This document shows positions 1-11,511 of a stretch of DNA of 64,000 nt, in pieces (the stretch's first letter is position 1; the number at the start of each line of letters is the position of its first letter). Under the pieces are notes generated by a model. That model was not told the DNA's origin, did no database searches, and was given only the letters and a program-made list of their open reading frames with translations. A program made the position numbers and the translations under genes. Source of the DNA: Acidimicrobiaceae bacterium (GTDB taxonomy: Bacteria; Actinomycetota; Acidimicrobiia; Acidimicrobiales; Bog-793); contig DAHUXW010000083.1 of assembly GCA_027306925.1 (NCBI GenBank), positions 11,609 through 75,608 on the forward strand, read 5' to 3'.

Positions 1-259
1 GCATCTCCACGAGGTGCGGCTCGAGCGCGAGGACGCCGTGGACCTTGCGCGTGTCCTGCGCGGTGACGGCGGTGACGGCGAGCGTCCCGAACACCTGGTG
101 GGCGGCGAACGTCTTGAGGTCTGCGGCGATCCCCGCGCCTCCCCCGGAGTCGGTCCCGGCGATCGTGAGCGCGACCGGCGGCGTCGCCCGGCCCGGGCCA
201 CGGTCGTCGCCCGACTCCGCGTTGCGGTCCGCCGACTCCGACGCCCGGCCGGCGCTCAC
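1..259 (-). CDS. thiD: Hydroxymethylpyrimidine/phosphomethylpyrimidine kinase, N-terminal part (gene runs off window start)
   Basis: Minus-strand translation from GTG (257-259) reads [50 protein letters not shown]. This matches the [21 protein letters not shown] signature of ThiD. It is open-ended, so it is absent from the ORF track. The exact start is uncertain. Confidence 0.7.
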   Translation of the reverse strand, partial: MSAGRASESADRNAESGDDRGPGRATPPVALTIAGTDSGGGAGIAADLKTFAAHQVFGTLAVTAVTAQDTRKVHGVLALEPHLVEM

Positions 260-436
260 CGCGCAGTCCCCGGGCCGGGCGTGACCACGGCTCCTGCTGC
301 GTGCCTGACCACGTGGCTGACGGTAGTTCCCGGAGGCGGCCGACGCGGCGCGCCGGCCGCCGCTCGCCGCGCGCCGGCTCGGATAGCGTGCCTCTGGCGG
401 CACCCGTCGGGTGCGCCGCTCTGTGGATCGGGGGCA

Positions 437-1321
437 GTGTTGGACGACCTCGCGGCGAGCCGCCTCGCACGGCTGAAGGCGCGGATCCACCGCGTGCTGT
501 CGATCCTGTTGCCCGGGAGGGTGCTCGACCACTACGTCGTGCCGGTGGTCAAGCGCCGCGCCCACCGGCCCTACGACGCGAAGCGGTTCTTCGACTCCTA
601 CTACCGCGCGACCGGCTCCGCGGGCCTGTCCGACCGCGCGACGATCTCGCCCTACACGAGCAGGCTCGAGTCGACGTTCCACTACAACTCCGTCGAGAAC
701 TCGATCATCCTGTCCCTCGCCGGGCGCGCGGTTCCCGATGCGCCACGCGTCCTCGACGTGGGCTCCGGTGCCGGTCACTGGATCGACTTCTACCGCGAGG
801 TGCTCGGGGCATCCGCCGTCACGTCGGTCGACATCTCGCCCACCGACGTCCGGAACCTTCGGACCAGGTACAAGTCCGTGAAGGGCGTCAAGGTCGTCGA
901 AGCGGACGTGTCGCAGGACTCCTTCGAGCTCGGCGCGGACTTCGACATCGTGAACGCGATCGGTGTGCTCTTCCACATCGTCGACGACGCTCGCTGGGAG
1001 CAGGCGCTGCGCAATCTCCGGCACCACCTCGCCGACGACGGCCTGCTCGTCGTCGGCGGGCAGTTCGGCCATATCACCCAGAACGTCCAGTTCCACGAGA
1101 CCGACGACTTCTCGGACTTCGACGAGCTGCGCTCGACGCACTCCCCGGTCGTGCTCGTGAACAAGCGCATCCGCTCGATCCGCAGGTGGCGCTCGACCGC
1201 GGAGCGCATGGGACTGCGCATCGTGAGCCTCCAGCGGACGAAGCACGACCGGCGGATCCGGACCCCGGAGAACAACATCCTCGTCCTCCAGCGCACCGCC
1301 CGCGTGGGAGGCGACGCGTGA
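437..1321 (+). CDS. Class I SAM-dependent methyltransferase
   Basis: In-frame GTG at 437 inside ORF 14..1321; the upstream part of that ORF is Arg/Pro-rich noise. Contains [11 protein letters not shown] (GxGxG SAM motif I) and [12 protein letters not shown]. Confidence 0.7.
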   Translation: MLDDLAASRLARLKARIHRVLSILLPGRVLDHYVVPVVKRRAHRPYDAKRFFDSYYRATGSAGLSDRATISPYTSRLESTFHYNSVENSIILSLAGRAVPDAPRVLDVGSGAGHWIDFYREVLGASAVTSVDISPTDVRNLRTRYKSVKGVKVVEADVSQDSFELGADFDIVNAIGVLFHIVDDARWEQALRNLRHHLADDGLLVVGGQFGHITQNVQFHETDDFSDFDELRSTHSPVVLVNKRIRSIRRWRSTAERMGLRIVSLQRTKHDRRIRTPENNILVLQRTARVGGDA

Positions 1322-1470
1322 CTCGCCCGCCAACCGGCCCGAGTGTGAACGTCGTGTAAAGTGTGGGCTTCGCCGGGCCAAAGGTGTCCCAGCGCGCTGT
1401 TTCCGACGATTGTCGTGGGCATCGGAGCCGCGCGACCCCGGGTGGGTCGGGCACCTAGCAGGCGAGGGAC

Positions 1471-4400
1471 GTGATGGCGGTTCGACGTGAGAGGCGCGGG
1501 CTCTACGACGCGCGCAGCGAGCACGACGCGTGCGGTGTCGCGTTCGTCGCGGACATGGTCCGGGGGCCGAGCCACGAGATCGTGGACCTCGCGCTCCAGG
1601 CGCTCGAGAACCTCGCGCACCGCGGCGCCTTCGGCGCCGACCCGGAGACGGGCGACGGCGCGGGGATCCTGATCCAGATGCCCGACGAGCTCTTCCGAGC
1701 GGTCGCGGGCGTACCGCTGCCGCCGCGGGGGAGCTACGCGTCGGGGATCGCGTTCCTCCCGCCCGACGCTCCGGCTGCGGCGCGCGCGGAGCGGCAGATC
1801 GGGGCGATCGCGTCCGAAGAGGGGCTCGTGGTCCTCGGATGGCGTGACGTGCCGGTGGACCTCGAGGTCGCCGGGACCGCCGCACGCAGCGTCGCGCCCG
1901 CGTTCCGCCAGGTGTTCCTCGCCGGGGCGCCGGGTGGCGGAGCCGAGGGCGCATCGGGCGACCGCCTCGAGCGGCTCGCGTACGTCGTGCGCAAGCGCGT
2001 CGAGCACTCGGTCGATTCCTGCTACTTCCCCTCGCTCTCGACCCGCACGTTCGTCTACAAGGGCATGCTGTCGACCGAGCAGCTCCGGCGGTTCTTCGCC
2101 GACCTCACGGATACACGGTGCGCAACCCCGCTCGCGCTCGTCCACTCGCGCTTCTCCACGAACACGTTCCCGTCCTGGCCTCTCGCGCACCCGTACCGTC
2201 TCGTCGCGCACAACGGGGAGATCAACACCGTCGGCGGCAACCGCAACTGGATGCGCGCTCGCGAGGCGCTCCTGCACAGCGACCTGATCCCCGGCGACAT
2301 CGGACGGATCCTGCCGGTCCTCACCGACGGCGCGAGCGACTCGGCCTCGTTCGACGAGGTGCTCGAGCTCCTGCATCTCGGCGGGCGCTCGCTGCCCCAC
2401 GCGGTGCTCATGATGATCCCGGAGGCCCACGAGAACCATCGGGAGATCGACGAGGCGCGCCGCGCCTTCTACCAGTACCACGCCTGCTTGATGGAGCCGT
2501 GGGACGGCCCGGCCGCGGTGGCGTTCACGGACGGCACGATGATCGGCGCGGTGCTCGACCGCAACGGGCTCCGCCCGGCGCGTTACTGGGTCACGGGGGA
2601 CGGCCTCGTCGTGCTCGCCTCCGAGGTCGGCGTGCTCGACATCGACCCCGCACGCGTCGTGCGCAAGGGTCGGCTCCAGCCGGGGCGGATGTTCCTCGTC
2701 GACACGGCCGAGGGACGGATCGTCGACGATGCCGAGGTCAAGGCGACGCTCGCGGCCGAGCACCCGTACAAGGAGTGGCTCGACAAGGGGCTGGTGCGCC
2801 TGTCGGAGATGCCCCGCCGCGACATGCTCGTACCCCAGCACGGCTCGGTCGTGCGCCACCAGCGGCTCTTCGGCTTCACGACGGAGGAGCTCCGGATCGT
2901 CGTCGGGCCGATGGCGGCGACCGGTGCCGAGCCGATCGGGTCGATGGGCTCGGACACGCCGCTCGCGGTCCTGTCGTCGCGGCCGCGCCTGCTCTTCGAC
3001 TACTTCAGCCAGCTGTTCGCGCAGGTCACGAACCCGCCGCTCGACGCGATCCGCGAGGAGCTCGTGACGTCCCTCGCGGCGACGATCGGCCCGGAGCGGA
3101 ACCTGCTCGAGCCCGAGCCCGACTCGTGCCGCCAGATCGTCCTCGAGTTCCCGGTGATCGACAACGACGACCTCGCGAAGCTGCTCTACGTCGACGAGCA
3201 CGGGGAGACGCCGGGGTTCAGGTGCTTCGCGATCGACGGGCTCTACCCGGTCGCGGGCGGCGGCGCCGCACTTCGCGAAGCGATCGAGCGCGTCTGCGAC
3301 GAGGTGCTCGAGGCGATCGGCAACGGGGCGAACGTCGTGGTGCTGTCCGACCGGCACTCGAGCCGCGAGCTCGCGCCGATCCCGTCGCTCCTGCTCACCG
3401 CGGCCGTCCACCACCACCTCGTGCGTGAGCGCGCGCGCACGCGCACCGGCCTCGTCGTCGAGACCGGTGAGGCCCGCGAGGTCCACCACATGGCGCTGCT
3501 CGTCGGCTATGGCGCGGCCGCGGTCAATCCCTACCTCGCGATCGAGTCGATCGGTGAGATGGCGCAGCGGGGCGAGCTCGGCGGCGTCTCCGAGCGCAAG
3601 GCGACCCGGAACTACGTGAAGGCCGCCGGCAAGGGCGTGCTGAAGGTGATGTCGAAGATGGGGATCTCGACGATCGCGTCGTACACCGGTGCCCAGGTGT
3701 TCGAGGCGGTCGGCCTCGACAACGACCTGGTCGAGCAGTACTTCACCGGGACTGCGAGCCGGATCGGCGGCTCGGACCTGGACGCGATCGCACGTGAGGT
3801 CGCGGCCCGCCACCACCTCGCGTGGGAGGAGCGCGAGGGCGAGCTCGCGCATCGGGAGATCCCGGTGGGCGGCGAGTACCAGTGGCGCCGTGAGGGCGAG
3901 CACCACCTGTTCAACCCGCGCACCGTCTTCAAGCTCCAGCACGCGACACGCGCGAAGCGCTACGAGATCTTCAAGCAGTACTCGACGCTCGTCGACGACC
4001 AGTCGAGGCAGCTCGCGACGCTTCGCGGCCTGCTGCGACTGCGCACGGGGGAGGGCGCGCCGCGCCCTGCCGTGCCGATCGAGCAGGTCGAGCCCGTCGA
4101 GTCGATCTTCCGGCGGTTCGCGACCGGTGCCATGTCCTACGGCTCGATCTCGGCCGAGGCCCACGAGACCCTCGCGGTCGCGATGAACCGGCTCGGCGGG
4201 AAGTCGAACACGGGCGAGGGCGGCGAGGATCCCGACCGCTTCACGCCGGACCCGAACGGCGACTCGCGGCGCAGCGCGATCAAGCAGGTCGCGTCCGGGC
4301 GCTTCGGGGTCACGAGCGAGTACCTCGTGAACGCGGACGACATCCAGATCAAGATGGCGCAGGGAGCGAAGCCCGGCGAGGGCGGCCAGCTCCCCGGCGG

Positions 4401-6036
4401 CAAGGTCTACCCGTGGATCGCCCGGACCCGGCACTCGACGCCCGGTGTCGGGCTGATCTCGCCGCCTCCGCACCACGACATCTACTCCATCGAGGACCTC
4501 GCCCAGCTGATCCACGACCTGAAGAACGCGAACCCGAGCGCGCGCATCAACGTGAAGCTCGTCGCGGAGCATGGCGTCGGCACGGTCGCCGCGGGGGTCG
4601 CGAAGGCCCACGCGGACGTCGTGCTCATCTCGGGCGACGACGGTGGCACGGGAGCGGCGCCGCTCACGTCGCTCAAGCACGCCGGCGCGCCCTGGGAGCT
4701 CGGCCTCGCCGAGACCCAGCAGACGCTCGTGCGCAACGGGCTTCGCGACCGTATCGTCGTCCAGGTCGACGGCCAGATGAAGACCGGGCGCGACGTAGTG
4801 GTCGCCGCCCTGCTGGGCGCGGAGGAGTTCGGTTTCGCGACCGCCCCACTCGTGGTCTCGGGCTGCGTGATGATGCGGGTCTGCCACCTCGACACCTGCC
4901 CCGTCGGCATCGCGACGCAAAACCCCGAGCTGCGCAAGCGCTTCACCGGGCGGCCGGAGTTCGTGGAGACCTTCTTCCGATTCGTCGCCGAGGAAGTGCG
5001 CGAGCACCTGGCAGCGCTCGGGTTCCGCTCGATCGAGGAGGCCGTCGGTCACGTCGAGTGCCTCGACGTGACGCCCGCGGTCGACCACCACAAGGCGCGG
5101 GGGCTCGACCTCACGCCTCTGCTCGCTCCCGAGACCTCCGTGCACGGCGAGTGTGCGCTCCACCAGGTGGTCGCGCAGGACCACGGGCTCGATGCGGCGC
5201 TCGACCGCCGGCTCATCGAGACCTGCGCGCCCGCGCTGGCCCACGGGCGGCCCGTCGAGGTCGAGCTCGAAATCCGCAACGTTCACCGCACGGTCGGCAC
5301 GATGCTCGGCTCGGAGGTCACGCGCCGCTACGGCGCAGCCGGCCTCGCGGACGGGACGATTCGCTGCGTGCTGCGCGGCTCGGCGGGTCAGAGCTTCGGG
5401 GCGTTCCTCCCGCCGGGAGTCGAGCTCACCCTGGTGGGCGATGCGAACGACTACCTCGGCAAGGGGCTCTCGGGCGGCAGGATCGTCGTGCGCCCGCCCG
5501 AGACGTCGCCGTTCGCCGCGGAGGAGAACATCATCGCGGGCAACGTGCTCTGCTACGGCGCGACGGCAGGCGAGGTGTTCGTCCGCGGTCAGGTGGGCGA
5601 GCGCTTCTGCGTGCGGAACTCGGGCGCGACCGCGGTGGTCGAAGGCGTCGGGGACCACGGCTGTGAGTACATGACCGGCGGCATCGTGCTCGTGCTCGGC
5701 GACACGGGACGGAACTTCGCCGCGGGGATGTCGGGCGGCGTCGCCTACGTGCACGATCCCGCCGGCCGGCTCGAGCTGCGTGTCAACCCGGCGATGGTCG
5801 GGCTCGAGGAGCTCGACGAATCGGACCGGGCTGAGGTCGGCGCCCTGATCGCGCGCCACCACGAGCTCACCGGCTCCGCGATCGCCGAGCGCATGCTCGC
5901 GCGCCTCGAGGTCGCGCTCGACGAGTGCGTGAAGGTGATGCCGGTCGACTACAGACGCGTGCTCGAGGCCACGCGCGACGCGCAGCGGCGTGGCGTCTCG
6001 GTGGAGGACGCGATCATGGCGTCGGCTCATGGCTGA
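1471..6036 (+). CDS. gltB: Glutamate synthase large subunit
   Basis: 1521-aa ORF. It has the N-terminal Ntn amidotransferase Cys ([12 protein letters not shown]), the FMN/Fe-S central domain and the C-terminal GXGXG beta-helix domain. A purine-rich RBS precedes GTG 1471 / ATG 1474. Confidence 0.95.
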   Translation: MMAVRRERRGLYDARSEHDACGVAFVADMVRGPSHEIVDLALQALENLAHRGAFGADPETGDGAGILIQMPDELFRAVAGVPLPPRGSYASGIAFLPPDAPAAARAERQIGAIASEEGLVVLGWRDVPVDLEVAGTAARSVAPAFRQVFLAGAPGGGAEGASGDRLERLAYVVRKRVEHSVDSCYFPSLSTRTFVYKGMLSTEQLRRFFADLTDTRCATPLALVHSRFSTNTFPSWPLAHPYRLVAHNGEINTVGGNRNWMRAREALLHSDLIPGDIGRILPVLTDGASDSASFDEVLELLHLGGRSLPHAVLMMIPEAHENHREIDEARRAFYQYHACLMEPWDGPAAVAFTDGTMIGAVLDRNGLRPARYWVTGDGLVVLASEVGVLDIDPARVVRKGRLQPGRMFLVDTAEGRIVDDAEVKATLAAEHPYKEWLDKGLVRLSEMPRRDMLVPQHGSVVRHQRLFGFTTEELRIVVGPMAATGAEPIGSMGSDTPLAVLSSRPRLLFDYFSQLFAQVTNPPLDAIREELVTSLAATIGPERNLLEPEPDSCRQIVLEFPVIDNDDLAKLLYVDEHGETPGFRCFAIDGLYPVAGGGAALREAIERVCDEVLEAIGNGANVVVLSDRHSSRELAPIPSLLLTAAVHHHLVRERARTRTGLVVETGEAREVHHMALLVGYGAAAVNPYLAIESIGEMAQRGELGGVSERKATRNYVKAAGKGVLKVMSKMGISTIASYTGAQVFEAVGLDNDLVEQYFTGTASRIGGSDLDAIAREVAARHHLAWEEREGELAHREIPVGGEYQWRREGEHHLFNPRTVFKLQHATRAKRYEIFKQYSTLVDDQSRQLATLRGLLRLRTGEGAPRPAVPIEQVEPVESIFRRFATGAMSYGSISAEAHETLAVAMNRLGGKSNTGEGGEDPDRFTPDPNGDSRRSAIKQVASGRFGVTSEYLVNADDIQIKMAQGAKPGEGGQLPGGKVYPWIARTRHSTPGVGLISPPPHHDIYSIEDLAQLIHDLKNANPSARINVKLVAEHGVGTVAAGVAKAHADVVLISGDDGGTGAAPLTSLKHAGAPWELGLAETQQTLVRNGLRDRIVVQVDGQMKTGRDVVVAALLGAEEFGFATAPLVVSGCVMMRVCHLDTCPVGIATQNPELRKRFTGRPEFVETFFRFVAEEVREHLAALGFRSIEEAVGHVECLDVTPAVDHHKARGLDLTPLLAPETSVHGECALHQVVAQDHGLDAALDRRLIETCAPALAHGRPVEVELEIRNVHRTVGTMLGSEVTRRYGAAGLADGTIRCVLRGSAGQSFGAFLPPGVELTLVGDANDYLGKGLSGGRIVVRPPETSPFAAEENIIAGNVLCYGATAGEVFVRGQVGERFCVRNSGATAVVEGVGDHGCEYMTGGIVLVLGDTGRNFAAGMSGGVAYVHDPAGRLELRVNPAMVGLEELDESDRAEVGALIARHHELTGSAIAERMLARLEVALDECVKVMPVDYRRVLEATRDAQRRGVSVEDAIMASAHG

Positions 6037-7531
6037 CCCGCGCGGCTTCCTCCGCTACGAGCGCCACGGCCCGACGCGGCGGCCGGTGGAGCTGCGGATC
6101 CACGACTGGCGCGAGGTCTACGAGCCCTTCTCGCGCGGCGAGCTACATGACCAGGCCGCGCGCTGCATGGACTGCGGCATCCCGTTCTGCCACGAGGGGT
6201 GCCCGCTCGGGAACCTCATCCCCGAGTGGAACGACCTCGTCTGGCGCGGCGACTTCGCGGGCGCAAGCCACCGCCTTCACGCGACGAACAACTTCCCGGA
6301 GTTCACGGGCCGCCTCTGCCCCGCGCCCTGCGAGGGGTCGTGCGTGCTCGGGATCGGCGACGAGCCGGTGCTCATCAAGCAGGTCGAGCTCGAGATCGCG
6401 GAGTGGGCGGCGTGTGAGGGGCTCACCCCGGTCACGCCGTCGCCGGCGACTGGCAAGCGCGTTGCGGTCGTCGGCTCGGGCCCGGCTGGTCTCGCCGCGG
6501 CTCAGCAGCTCACGCGCGCGGGCCACGACGTCGTCGTGTTCGAGCGCGCCGAGCGGATCGGCGGGCTGCTCCGCTACGGCGTCCCCGAGTTCAAGCTCGA
6601 GAAGGCGGTCGTCGACCGCCGGCTCGCGCAGATGGTCGCCGAGGGCACCGAGCTGCGCACCCACACCCACGTCGGCTCGTCGAAGCACGCGGTCGGCGGT
6701 GCGGCCGCGCCCGACCACGTCGTCCTCCCGACCGAGCACCTGCTCGACGAGTTCGACGCGGTCGTCCTCGCCGTCGGGTCGACGCGTCCCCGCGACCTCG
6801 AGGTCCCCGGGCGCGAGCTCGCCGGTGTGCACTTCGCGATGGAGTACCTGAAGGGAGCGAACCTCGCCTGCGAAGGGACCATCGCGGCGGCCCCGATCTC
6901 GGCGGCGGGCAAGGACGTCGTGATCATCGGCGGCGGCGACACCGGCGCGGACTGCCTCGGCACGGTGCACCGTCAGGGTGCGCGCTCGGTCCGCCAGCTC
7001 GAGATCCTCCCGGAGCCGCCCGCGACGCGCCCGGCCGGCAACCCGTGGCCGACGTGGCCGCTCGTCCTGCGCAGCGCCGCCGCGCACGAGGAGGGAGGCG
7101 AGCGGCTCTACTCGCTCTCGACGAGCGACGTCGTCGGCGACCTCTCAGGCTCGGTGCGAGCGCTTCGCGCGCACCGGGTCGCGCAGGTGCTCGAGGACGG
7201 GCGACCGACGTTCAAGCCGGTCGCTGGCGAGCCGCTCGAGATCGACTGCCAGCTCGTCCTGCTCGCGCTCGGATTCACGGGTCCCGAACCGACGGGTGCC
7301 GTCGCCGAGCTCGGGTGCGCGCTCGACGGGCGCGGAAACGTCGCGGTCGACGGGTCGTTCATGACGAGCGTCGACGGCGTGTTCGCATGCGGCGACGCGG
7401 CGCGCGGGCAGAGCCTGGTGGTGTGGGCGATCGCGGAGGGCCGCTCGGCCGCCGCCGCCGTCGACCGCTACCTCGAGGGCTCGTCGGACCTTCCGGCGCC
7501 GCTCGCGCCGGGCGCGGTCGCGCTCGCGTAG
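6029..7531 (+). CDS. gltD: Glutamate synthase small subunit (NADPH)
   Basis: ATG at 6029 gives [13 protein letters not shown].. The protein has Cys clusters ([14 protein letters not shown]) and a GxGxxG motif ([14 protein letters not shown]). The start overlaps the gltB stop by 8 nt. Confidence 0.93.
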   Translation: MADPRGFLRYERHGPTRRPVELRIHDWREVYEPFSRGELHDQAARCMDCGIPFCHEGCPLGNLIPEWNDLVWRGDFAGASHRLHATNNFPEFTGRLCPAPCEGSCVLGIGDEPVLIKQVELEIAEWAACEGLTPVTPSPATGKRVAVVGSGPAGLAAAQQLTRAGHDVVVFERAERIGGLLRYGVPEFKLEKAVVDRRLAQMVAEGTELRTHTHVGSSKHAVGGAAAPDHVVLPTEHLLDEFDAVVLAVGSTRPRDLEVPGRELAGVHFAMEYLKGANLACEGTIAAAPISAAGKDVVIIGGGDTGADCLGTVHRQGARSVRQLEILPEPPATRPAGNPWPTWPLVLRSAAAHEEGGERLYSLSTSDVVGDLSGSVRALRAHRVAQVLEDGRPTFKPVAGEPLEIDCQLVLLALGFTGPEPTGAVAELGCALDGRGNVAVDGSFMTSVDGVFACGDAARGQSLVVWAIAEGRSAAAAVDRYLEGSSDLPAPLAPGAVALA

Positions 7532-7555
7532 GCGACACGGCGCGCGAGGGGGAGG

Positions 7556-7768
7556 ATGGGCGACGACTCGGTGGACGAGGTCCGCGAGGAGCTCGCTGGC
7601 CTTGCGGAGCGGCTCGGGGACCTCGCGTACGAGGAGCTGCGGCGTGCGGTCGCAGCGGGCGAGCAGGTGAGGCCGGAGCTCGAGCGGCGGCTCACGAGAG
7701 CGCGGCGGGCGGTTGAGCGCGCAGCCGCGATCCTGTCCGCGCGCGACGTGGGGGCCGGCGGGGCCTGA
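7556..7768 (+). CDS. Small hypothetical helical protein (70 aa)
   Basis: The ORF has G/C-biased third positions and a GGGGGAGG run immediately upstream. No recognisable family. Confidence 0.3.
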   Translation: MGDDSVDEVREELAGLAERLGDLAYEELRRAVAAGEQVRPELERRLTRARRAVERAAAILSARDVGAGGA

Positions 7769-7875
7769 CGCGCCGGGCGCCAGCGGTGCACAGCGTCGCG
7801 GGTGCGGTTCGTGAGGGAGCGCGGGCGGGCGCGCGACGGCGCGCACCGCCTCGAGATGTCGTGCATGATGGCGGG

Positions 7876-8220
7876 ATGGATCTCGAGCACGACGAGCGAC
7901 CGTGGGGGAGCTACACGGTGCTGAGCGACGCTGTGGACCACAAGGTGAAGCAGATCGTCGTCCACCCGGGAAAGCGGCTCTCCTACCAGCGGCACTACAA
8001 GCGAGCGGAGCACTGGTTCGTCGTGCGCGGGGTCGGCACGGTCACCTTGGACGGCGTGGAGACGTCCGTGGGGCCGGGCTCGACGGTCGACGTGCCGCGC
8101 GAGGCCGCGCACCGGATGGCGAACACGGGTGTCGGCGAGCTCCTCTTCGTCGAGGTTCAGCACGGGGAGTACTTCGGCGAGGACGACATCGTGCGCATCG
8201 AGGACGACTTCGGCCGGTAG
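7876..8220 (+). CDS. Cupin-fold protein, mannose-6-phosphate isomerase type II C-terminal-like
   Basis: Internal ATG 7876 of ORF 7786..8220. The pattern RPWGSYTVL...K.IVV.PG..LS.Q.H..R.EHW.VV.G is the cupin_2/PMI type II pattern. Confidence 0.65.
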   Translation: MDLEHDERPWGSYTVLSDAVDHKVKQIVVHPGKRLSYQRHYKRAEHWFVVRGVGTVTLDGVETSVGPGSTVDVPREAAHRMANTGVGELLFVEVQHGEYFGEDDIVRIEDDFGR

Positions 8221-8269
8221 GTGCATCGCTCCACGAGAGCGTGACGCGCGTCCGAGGAGATGCACGCAG

Positions 8270-9610
8270 GTGAATCTGTCTGTAGTCGGCTCCGGTCGCG
8301 TCGGCGCGGTGGTCGCGGCCTGTTTCGCGCAGCTCGGCCACCACGTCGTCGCGGTCGAGATCGACCCGGCGCGCCGGGCGGAGCTCGAGCGCGGGCGCGC
8401 GCCGTTCGCCGAGCCCGGCCTCGACTCGATGTTGCGCAGCGCGCTCGAGTCGGGCGCGCTTTTCTTCACGGACGACGTGGAGCGTGCGGTGCGGTCGAGC
8501 ACGGTGGTGTTCGTGTGCGTCGGTACGCCCGCGGGTCCCGACGGCAGCCCGAGCATGGAGGCCGTGCGGGGCGCTGCACGATCGATCGGCGCGAGCATCC
8601 GGACACCCCAGGTCGTGGTCACGAAGAGCACCGTGCCGGTCGGGACCGGGGAGTGGTTGAAGCCGGAGATCGAGAAGTCACTCGAGGTCCCGCTCGTGCC
8701 GGGGCTGGTCGAGGTCGTGTCGAACCCCGAGTTCCTGCGCGAAGGATCGTCGGTCGACGACTTCCTCCATCCGGACCGGATCGTCGTGGGCGCCGACGGC
8801 GCACGGGCCCGCGAGGTCGTCCTCGAGGCGTACGAGCCGCTTCTCGCGGCGGAGCGCGCGATCGGGCGTGAGATCCCCGTGTTCGTCACCGAGCTCGTCA
8901 CGGCGGAGATGGCGAAGTACGCCTCGAACGCGTTCCTCGCGACGAAGATCAGCTTCGCGAACGAGATGGCGCGAATCTGCGACCTGGTCGGAGCGGACAT
9001 CACCGAGGTCACGGCGGTCATGGGCGCGGACTCCCGGATCGCGGGCGACTACCTCGACGCAGGTCTGGGGTGGGGGGGCTCCTGCTTCGGCAAGGACATC
9101 GTGGCGCTCACGACGACCGCACGCGCACGAGGGTTCTCCCCGCGAATCGTCGACGCGGCGGTGCGCGTCAACGACGCCCAGCGAGACCTCGTCGTCGACC
9201 AGCTCGAGCGCCACCTCGGACCGCTCGAGTCCCGGCGCATCGGCGTGCTCGGGCTCACGTTCAAACCCGGGACGGACGACCTTCGGGACTCGGCGGCGCT
9301 TCAGGTCGTGGCAGCCCTCGTCGAGCGCGGAGCGGTGGTGGTGGCCTGCGACCCGACCGTGAGCGCGCTCCCCGGCTACCCCGAGGTTCGCGTGTGTGCG
9401 GGGCCGCGTGAGGTCGCCGCCGGTGCGGACGCACTCGTGCTCGCGACCGCGTGGCCCGACTACCTCGACCTCGACTACTCGGACCTGCGGCGGCTGGCTG
9501 CCGGAACGCTCGTGGTCGACGGCCGCAACGCCCTGGACCGGGGAGCGGCCGTCGCGGCGGGCTTCACGTACGTCGGGATCGGGCGGCGCGCCGACCCGTC
9601 CCCGAGGTGA
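8270..9610 (+). CDS. ugd: UDP-glucose 6-dehydrogenase
   Basis: GTG 8270 follows GAGGAGA. Contains the N-terminal Rossmann motif VVGSGRVGAVVAACFAQLGH, NPEFLREGS, and the catalytic-Cys context GWGGSCFGKD. Confidence 0.85.
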   Translation: MNLSVVGSGRVGAVVAACFAQLGHHVVAVEIDPARRAELERGRAPFAEPGLDSMLRSALESGALFFTDDVERAVRSSTVVFVCVGTPAGPDGSPSMEAVRGAARSIGASIRTPQVVVTKSTVPVGTGEWLKPEIEKSLEVPLVPGLVEVVSNPEFLREGSSVDDFLHPDRIVVGADGARAREVVLEAYEPLLAAERAIGREIPVFVTELVTAEMAKYASNAFLATKISFANEMARICDLVGADITEVTAVMGADSRIAGDYLDAGLGWGGSCFGKDIVALTTTARARGFSPRIVDAAVRVNDAQRDLVVDQLERHLGPLESRRIGVLGLTFKPGTDDLRDSAALQVVAALVERGAVVVACDPTVSALPGYPEVRVCAGPREVAAGADALVLATAWPDYLDLDYSDLRRLAAGTLVVDGRNALDRGAAVAAGFTYVGIGRRADPSPR

Positions 9611-9885
9611 TCCGCGCCGAGACGGGGGAACGTCTCCCGGGCGACGTACGAGGCGTCGCAGGTCGTCCGAGGAGCGCCCCGGCGGCCGGTCCGAGGTTGT
9701 TCGCGGCGAGGGAGTCGACGTACGCGCGCACGAAGTCGGTGCCTGCCACGGCGTACACGGCGGACGAACCCCACACGCGCGCATTGACGTCGTGCACCGA
9801 GACGCGGCCTGCGCCGTCGCGGATGACGTCCATGTTGGACAGGCCGTCGAGGCCGAGCGCGGCGACGACGTCGCGAGCGGCCCGG
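9600..9885 (-). pseudogene. Remnant of an ATP-grasp family gene (C-terminal fragment only)
   Basis: The minus-strand frame reads, directly after a TAG, HRAARDVVAALGLDGLSNMDVIRDGAGRVSVHDVNARVWGSSAVYAVAGTDFVRAYVDSL. This resembles the C-terminal half of ATP-grasp enzymes. There is no N-terminal half, and the tail overlaps the ugd 3' end. Confidence 0.3.
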
Positions 9886-10037
9886 TGCTAGAGGAGAACG
9901 GGCAGGAACGGACGATGCGATCGGCCGGTCCGGTTACCGGCACCGCGCACCGCGCACCGTGGGCGTCGCACCGCGCACAGGGGTGGCACTTCGTGCAAAA
10001 CACCAGCACACGTGCGCAATTTGGCTGACTGCTGCTC

Positions 10038-10043
10038 TAGACT
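10038..10043 (+). promoter_or_regulatory. -10-like hexamer TAGACT placed for a leaderless transcript starting at ATG 10050
   Basis: A TAnnnT hexamer lies 6 nt upstream of ATG 10050, in a locally AT-richer patch. No RBS is present. Confidence 0.3.
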
Positions 10044-10049
10044 TGTCAT

Positions 10050-10718
10050 ATGGAGTTCCCCACGGCGACCGTCGTCGCTTCGTGCTTCCGGCGGAACGTG
10101 CCCCTGCGGAGCGCCGGTCGGCTGCGCACGTTGATGAAGGAGAGCACGACATCGCTCGCGTGGTCGGAGTTCGAGACGTCGGTGACCGGCCTGGCCACCT
10201 ACATCGCGGGGTCCTTCGTCGTCGGCGTCGGCTACTGGCCGGGTGGAGCCGAGCCGACCGCTGCGTTCAAGATCACGGGTGACCTCCAGGAAGCGCGGAA
10301 CACCGCGATCAGCATCGCGAAGGAGTTCGGGCAGCAGGCGGTGCGCGTGAACTTCGAGTCGGCCGCGGAGCCGATGCTCCTCGAGTACGACATGTCCCTG
10401 TCGGACTGGCGGATCGAGTACCTGTTGCCGCGACGGTCGACGCTCGCGATGGCAGAGGCTGCGTACTGGCTCGCCCGGGACGCACCGACCGAGATGCCCG
10501 CCGGACGCGTGATGGGCGACCGGATCGTGATCGACGGGGGCCTGGGATTCGTCGCGAAGGCCCACCGCACCATCGTCGAGCGGTACGGTCGACCGATCTC
10601 GGTCGGCTCCGTGCGCGTCGAGCGCTGGGGAAGCGACGGCGAGCAGCGCGGGTTCGTCCGCGAGCAGCGGATCGAGCGCGCGAGCGAGGAAGACCTCGGT
10701 CGCATCCTGCTCGCGTAG
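10050..10718 (+). CDS. Hypothetical protein (222 aa), no recognised family
   Basis: Strong G/C third-position bias throughout. No motif I can assign. An alternative start is ATG 10134 (MKESTT..). Confidence 0.55.
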   Translation: MEFPTATVVASCFRRNVPLRSAGRLRTLMKESTTSLAWSEFETSVTGLATYIAGSFVVGVGYWPGGAEPTAAFKITGDLQEARNTAISIAKEFGQQAVRVNFESAAEPMLLEYDMSLSDWRIEYLLPRRSTLAMAEAAYWLARDAPTEMPAGRVMGDRIVIDGGLGFVAKAHRTIVERYGRPISVGSVRVERWGSDGEQRGFVREQRIERASEEDLGRILLA

Positions 10719-10788
10719 CCTGCTCCCGGAGATGCCCCAGGGGGAACTGCGTGGAGTCGGCTGTCCGCGCTCCGAGGAGAGGTGGAGG

Positions 10789-11511
10789 ATGTCGCTCGTC
10801 GAGCGAGCAGAGCGCTGGGTGTTCGCCGTCGCGACGCGGTTCGTCCGGACGCACTACCCCTATCGGCGTCACGTGATCCTCGACTACGTCACGCGGCTGT
10901 CGCTGCTGCGAAGCCTGTGGTACTCGGCCAAGTTCCGAGGCATCGTCGTGCTCGAGCGGGGCGCACGGCTGCGCACGATCGACTCCGGCACGATCAGGCT
11001 GGGCGCGCACGCAGCCCTGTTCGTCGGGTTCGAGCCCTACCACCGTTCGAGCACGAGCATCACGGTCGATCCGGGTGGCGTCATCGAGATCGAGGGCACC
11101 GTGTCGCTGCTGCGGGATACGGCCACCCAGGTGGGCAAGGGCGGCCGCCTCCACCTCGATTCGGGAGTCGTGGTGAACGAGGGAAGTCGGATCACCTGCG
11201 ATCTCGAGGTCCACATCGGCCGCGGGTGCATGATCGGGCCCGGCGTGCGCCTGACGGACACCGACGAGCACCAGGTCGTCCCCGCCGGCCACGTCACGTC
11301 ACGTCGCGACGACCGGGCGATCCAGTCACCGGTTCACCTCGCCGACGGGGTCTGGATCGGCTCGTCGGCGGTCGTGCTTCGCGGCGTCACGATCGGCACG
11401 GGGGCGATCGTCGCGGCCGGAGCGGTGGTAACCGGGCCCGTGGAGGCGCACACGTTGGTCGGCGGCGTCCCGGCGAAGGTGATCCGGACCGGGATCGCCT
11501 GGGTTCCCTAG
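10789..11511 (+). CDS. Left-handed beta-helix (hexapeptide-repeat) acyl/acetyltransferase
   Basis: ATG 10789 follows GGTGGAGG. The C-terminal pattern is IGRGCMIGPGVRLTD...VHLADGVWIGSSAVVLRGVTIGTGAIVAAGAVV..VGGVPAKVI, typical of LbH O-acetyltransferases. Confidence 0.75.
   Translation: MSLVERAERWVFAVATRFVRTHYPYRRHVILDYVTRLSLLRSLWYSAKFRGIVVLERGARLRTIDSGTIRLGAHAALFVGFEPYHRSSTSITVDPGGVIEIEGTVSLLRDTATQVGKGGRLHLDSGVVVNEGSRITCDLEVHIGRGCMIGPGVRLTDTDEHQVVPAGHVTSRRDDRAIQSPVHLADGVWIGSSAVVLRGVTIGTGAIVAAGAVVTGPVEAHTLVGGVPAKVIRTGIAWVP

Noticed and set aside
260-436. Possible TPP riboswitch upstream of thiD (minus strand)
   Set aside because: I reverse-complemented the interval and looked for the conserved CUGAGA and ACCUGAUCUGGAUAAUGCCAGCG-like cores. 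Neither is present; there is only a generic GC hairpin (CGGCGCGC..GCGCGCCG). A covariance-model scan would be the decisive test.
790-6030. 1746-aa ORF on the minus strand, the longest ORF in the window
   Set aside because: It is exactly antisense to gltB, whose product has unmistakable glutamate synthase motifs. The antisense translation is Arg/Asp/His/Val-rich with no domain logic. Long stop-free antisense frames are expected in very GC-rich coding DNA.
8678-10009. 443-aa minus-strand ORF across the ugd gene
   Set aside because: It is antisense to a clear UDP-glucose dehydrogenase. Only its extreme 5' portion (9.6-9.9 kb, in a different frame) shows any protein-like sequence, which is reported separately as a remnant.
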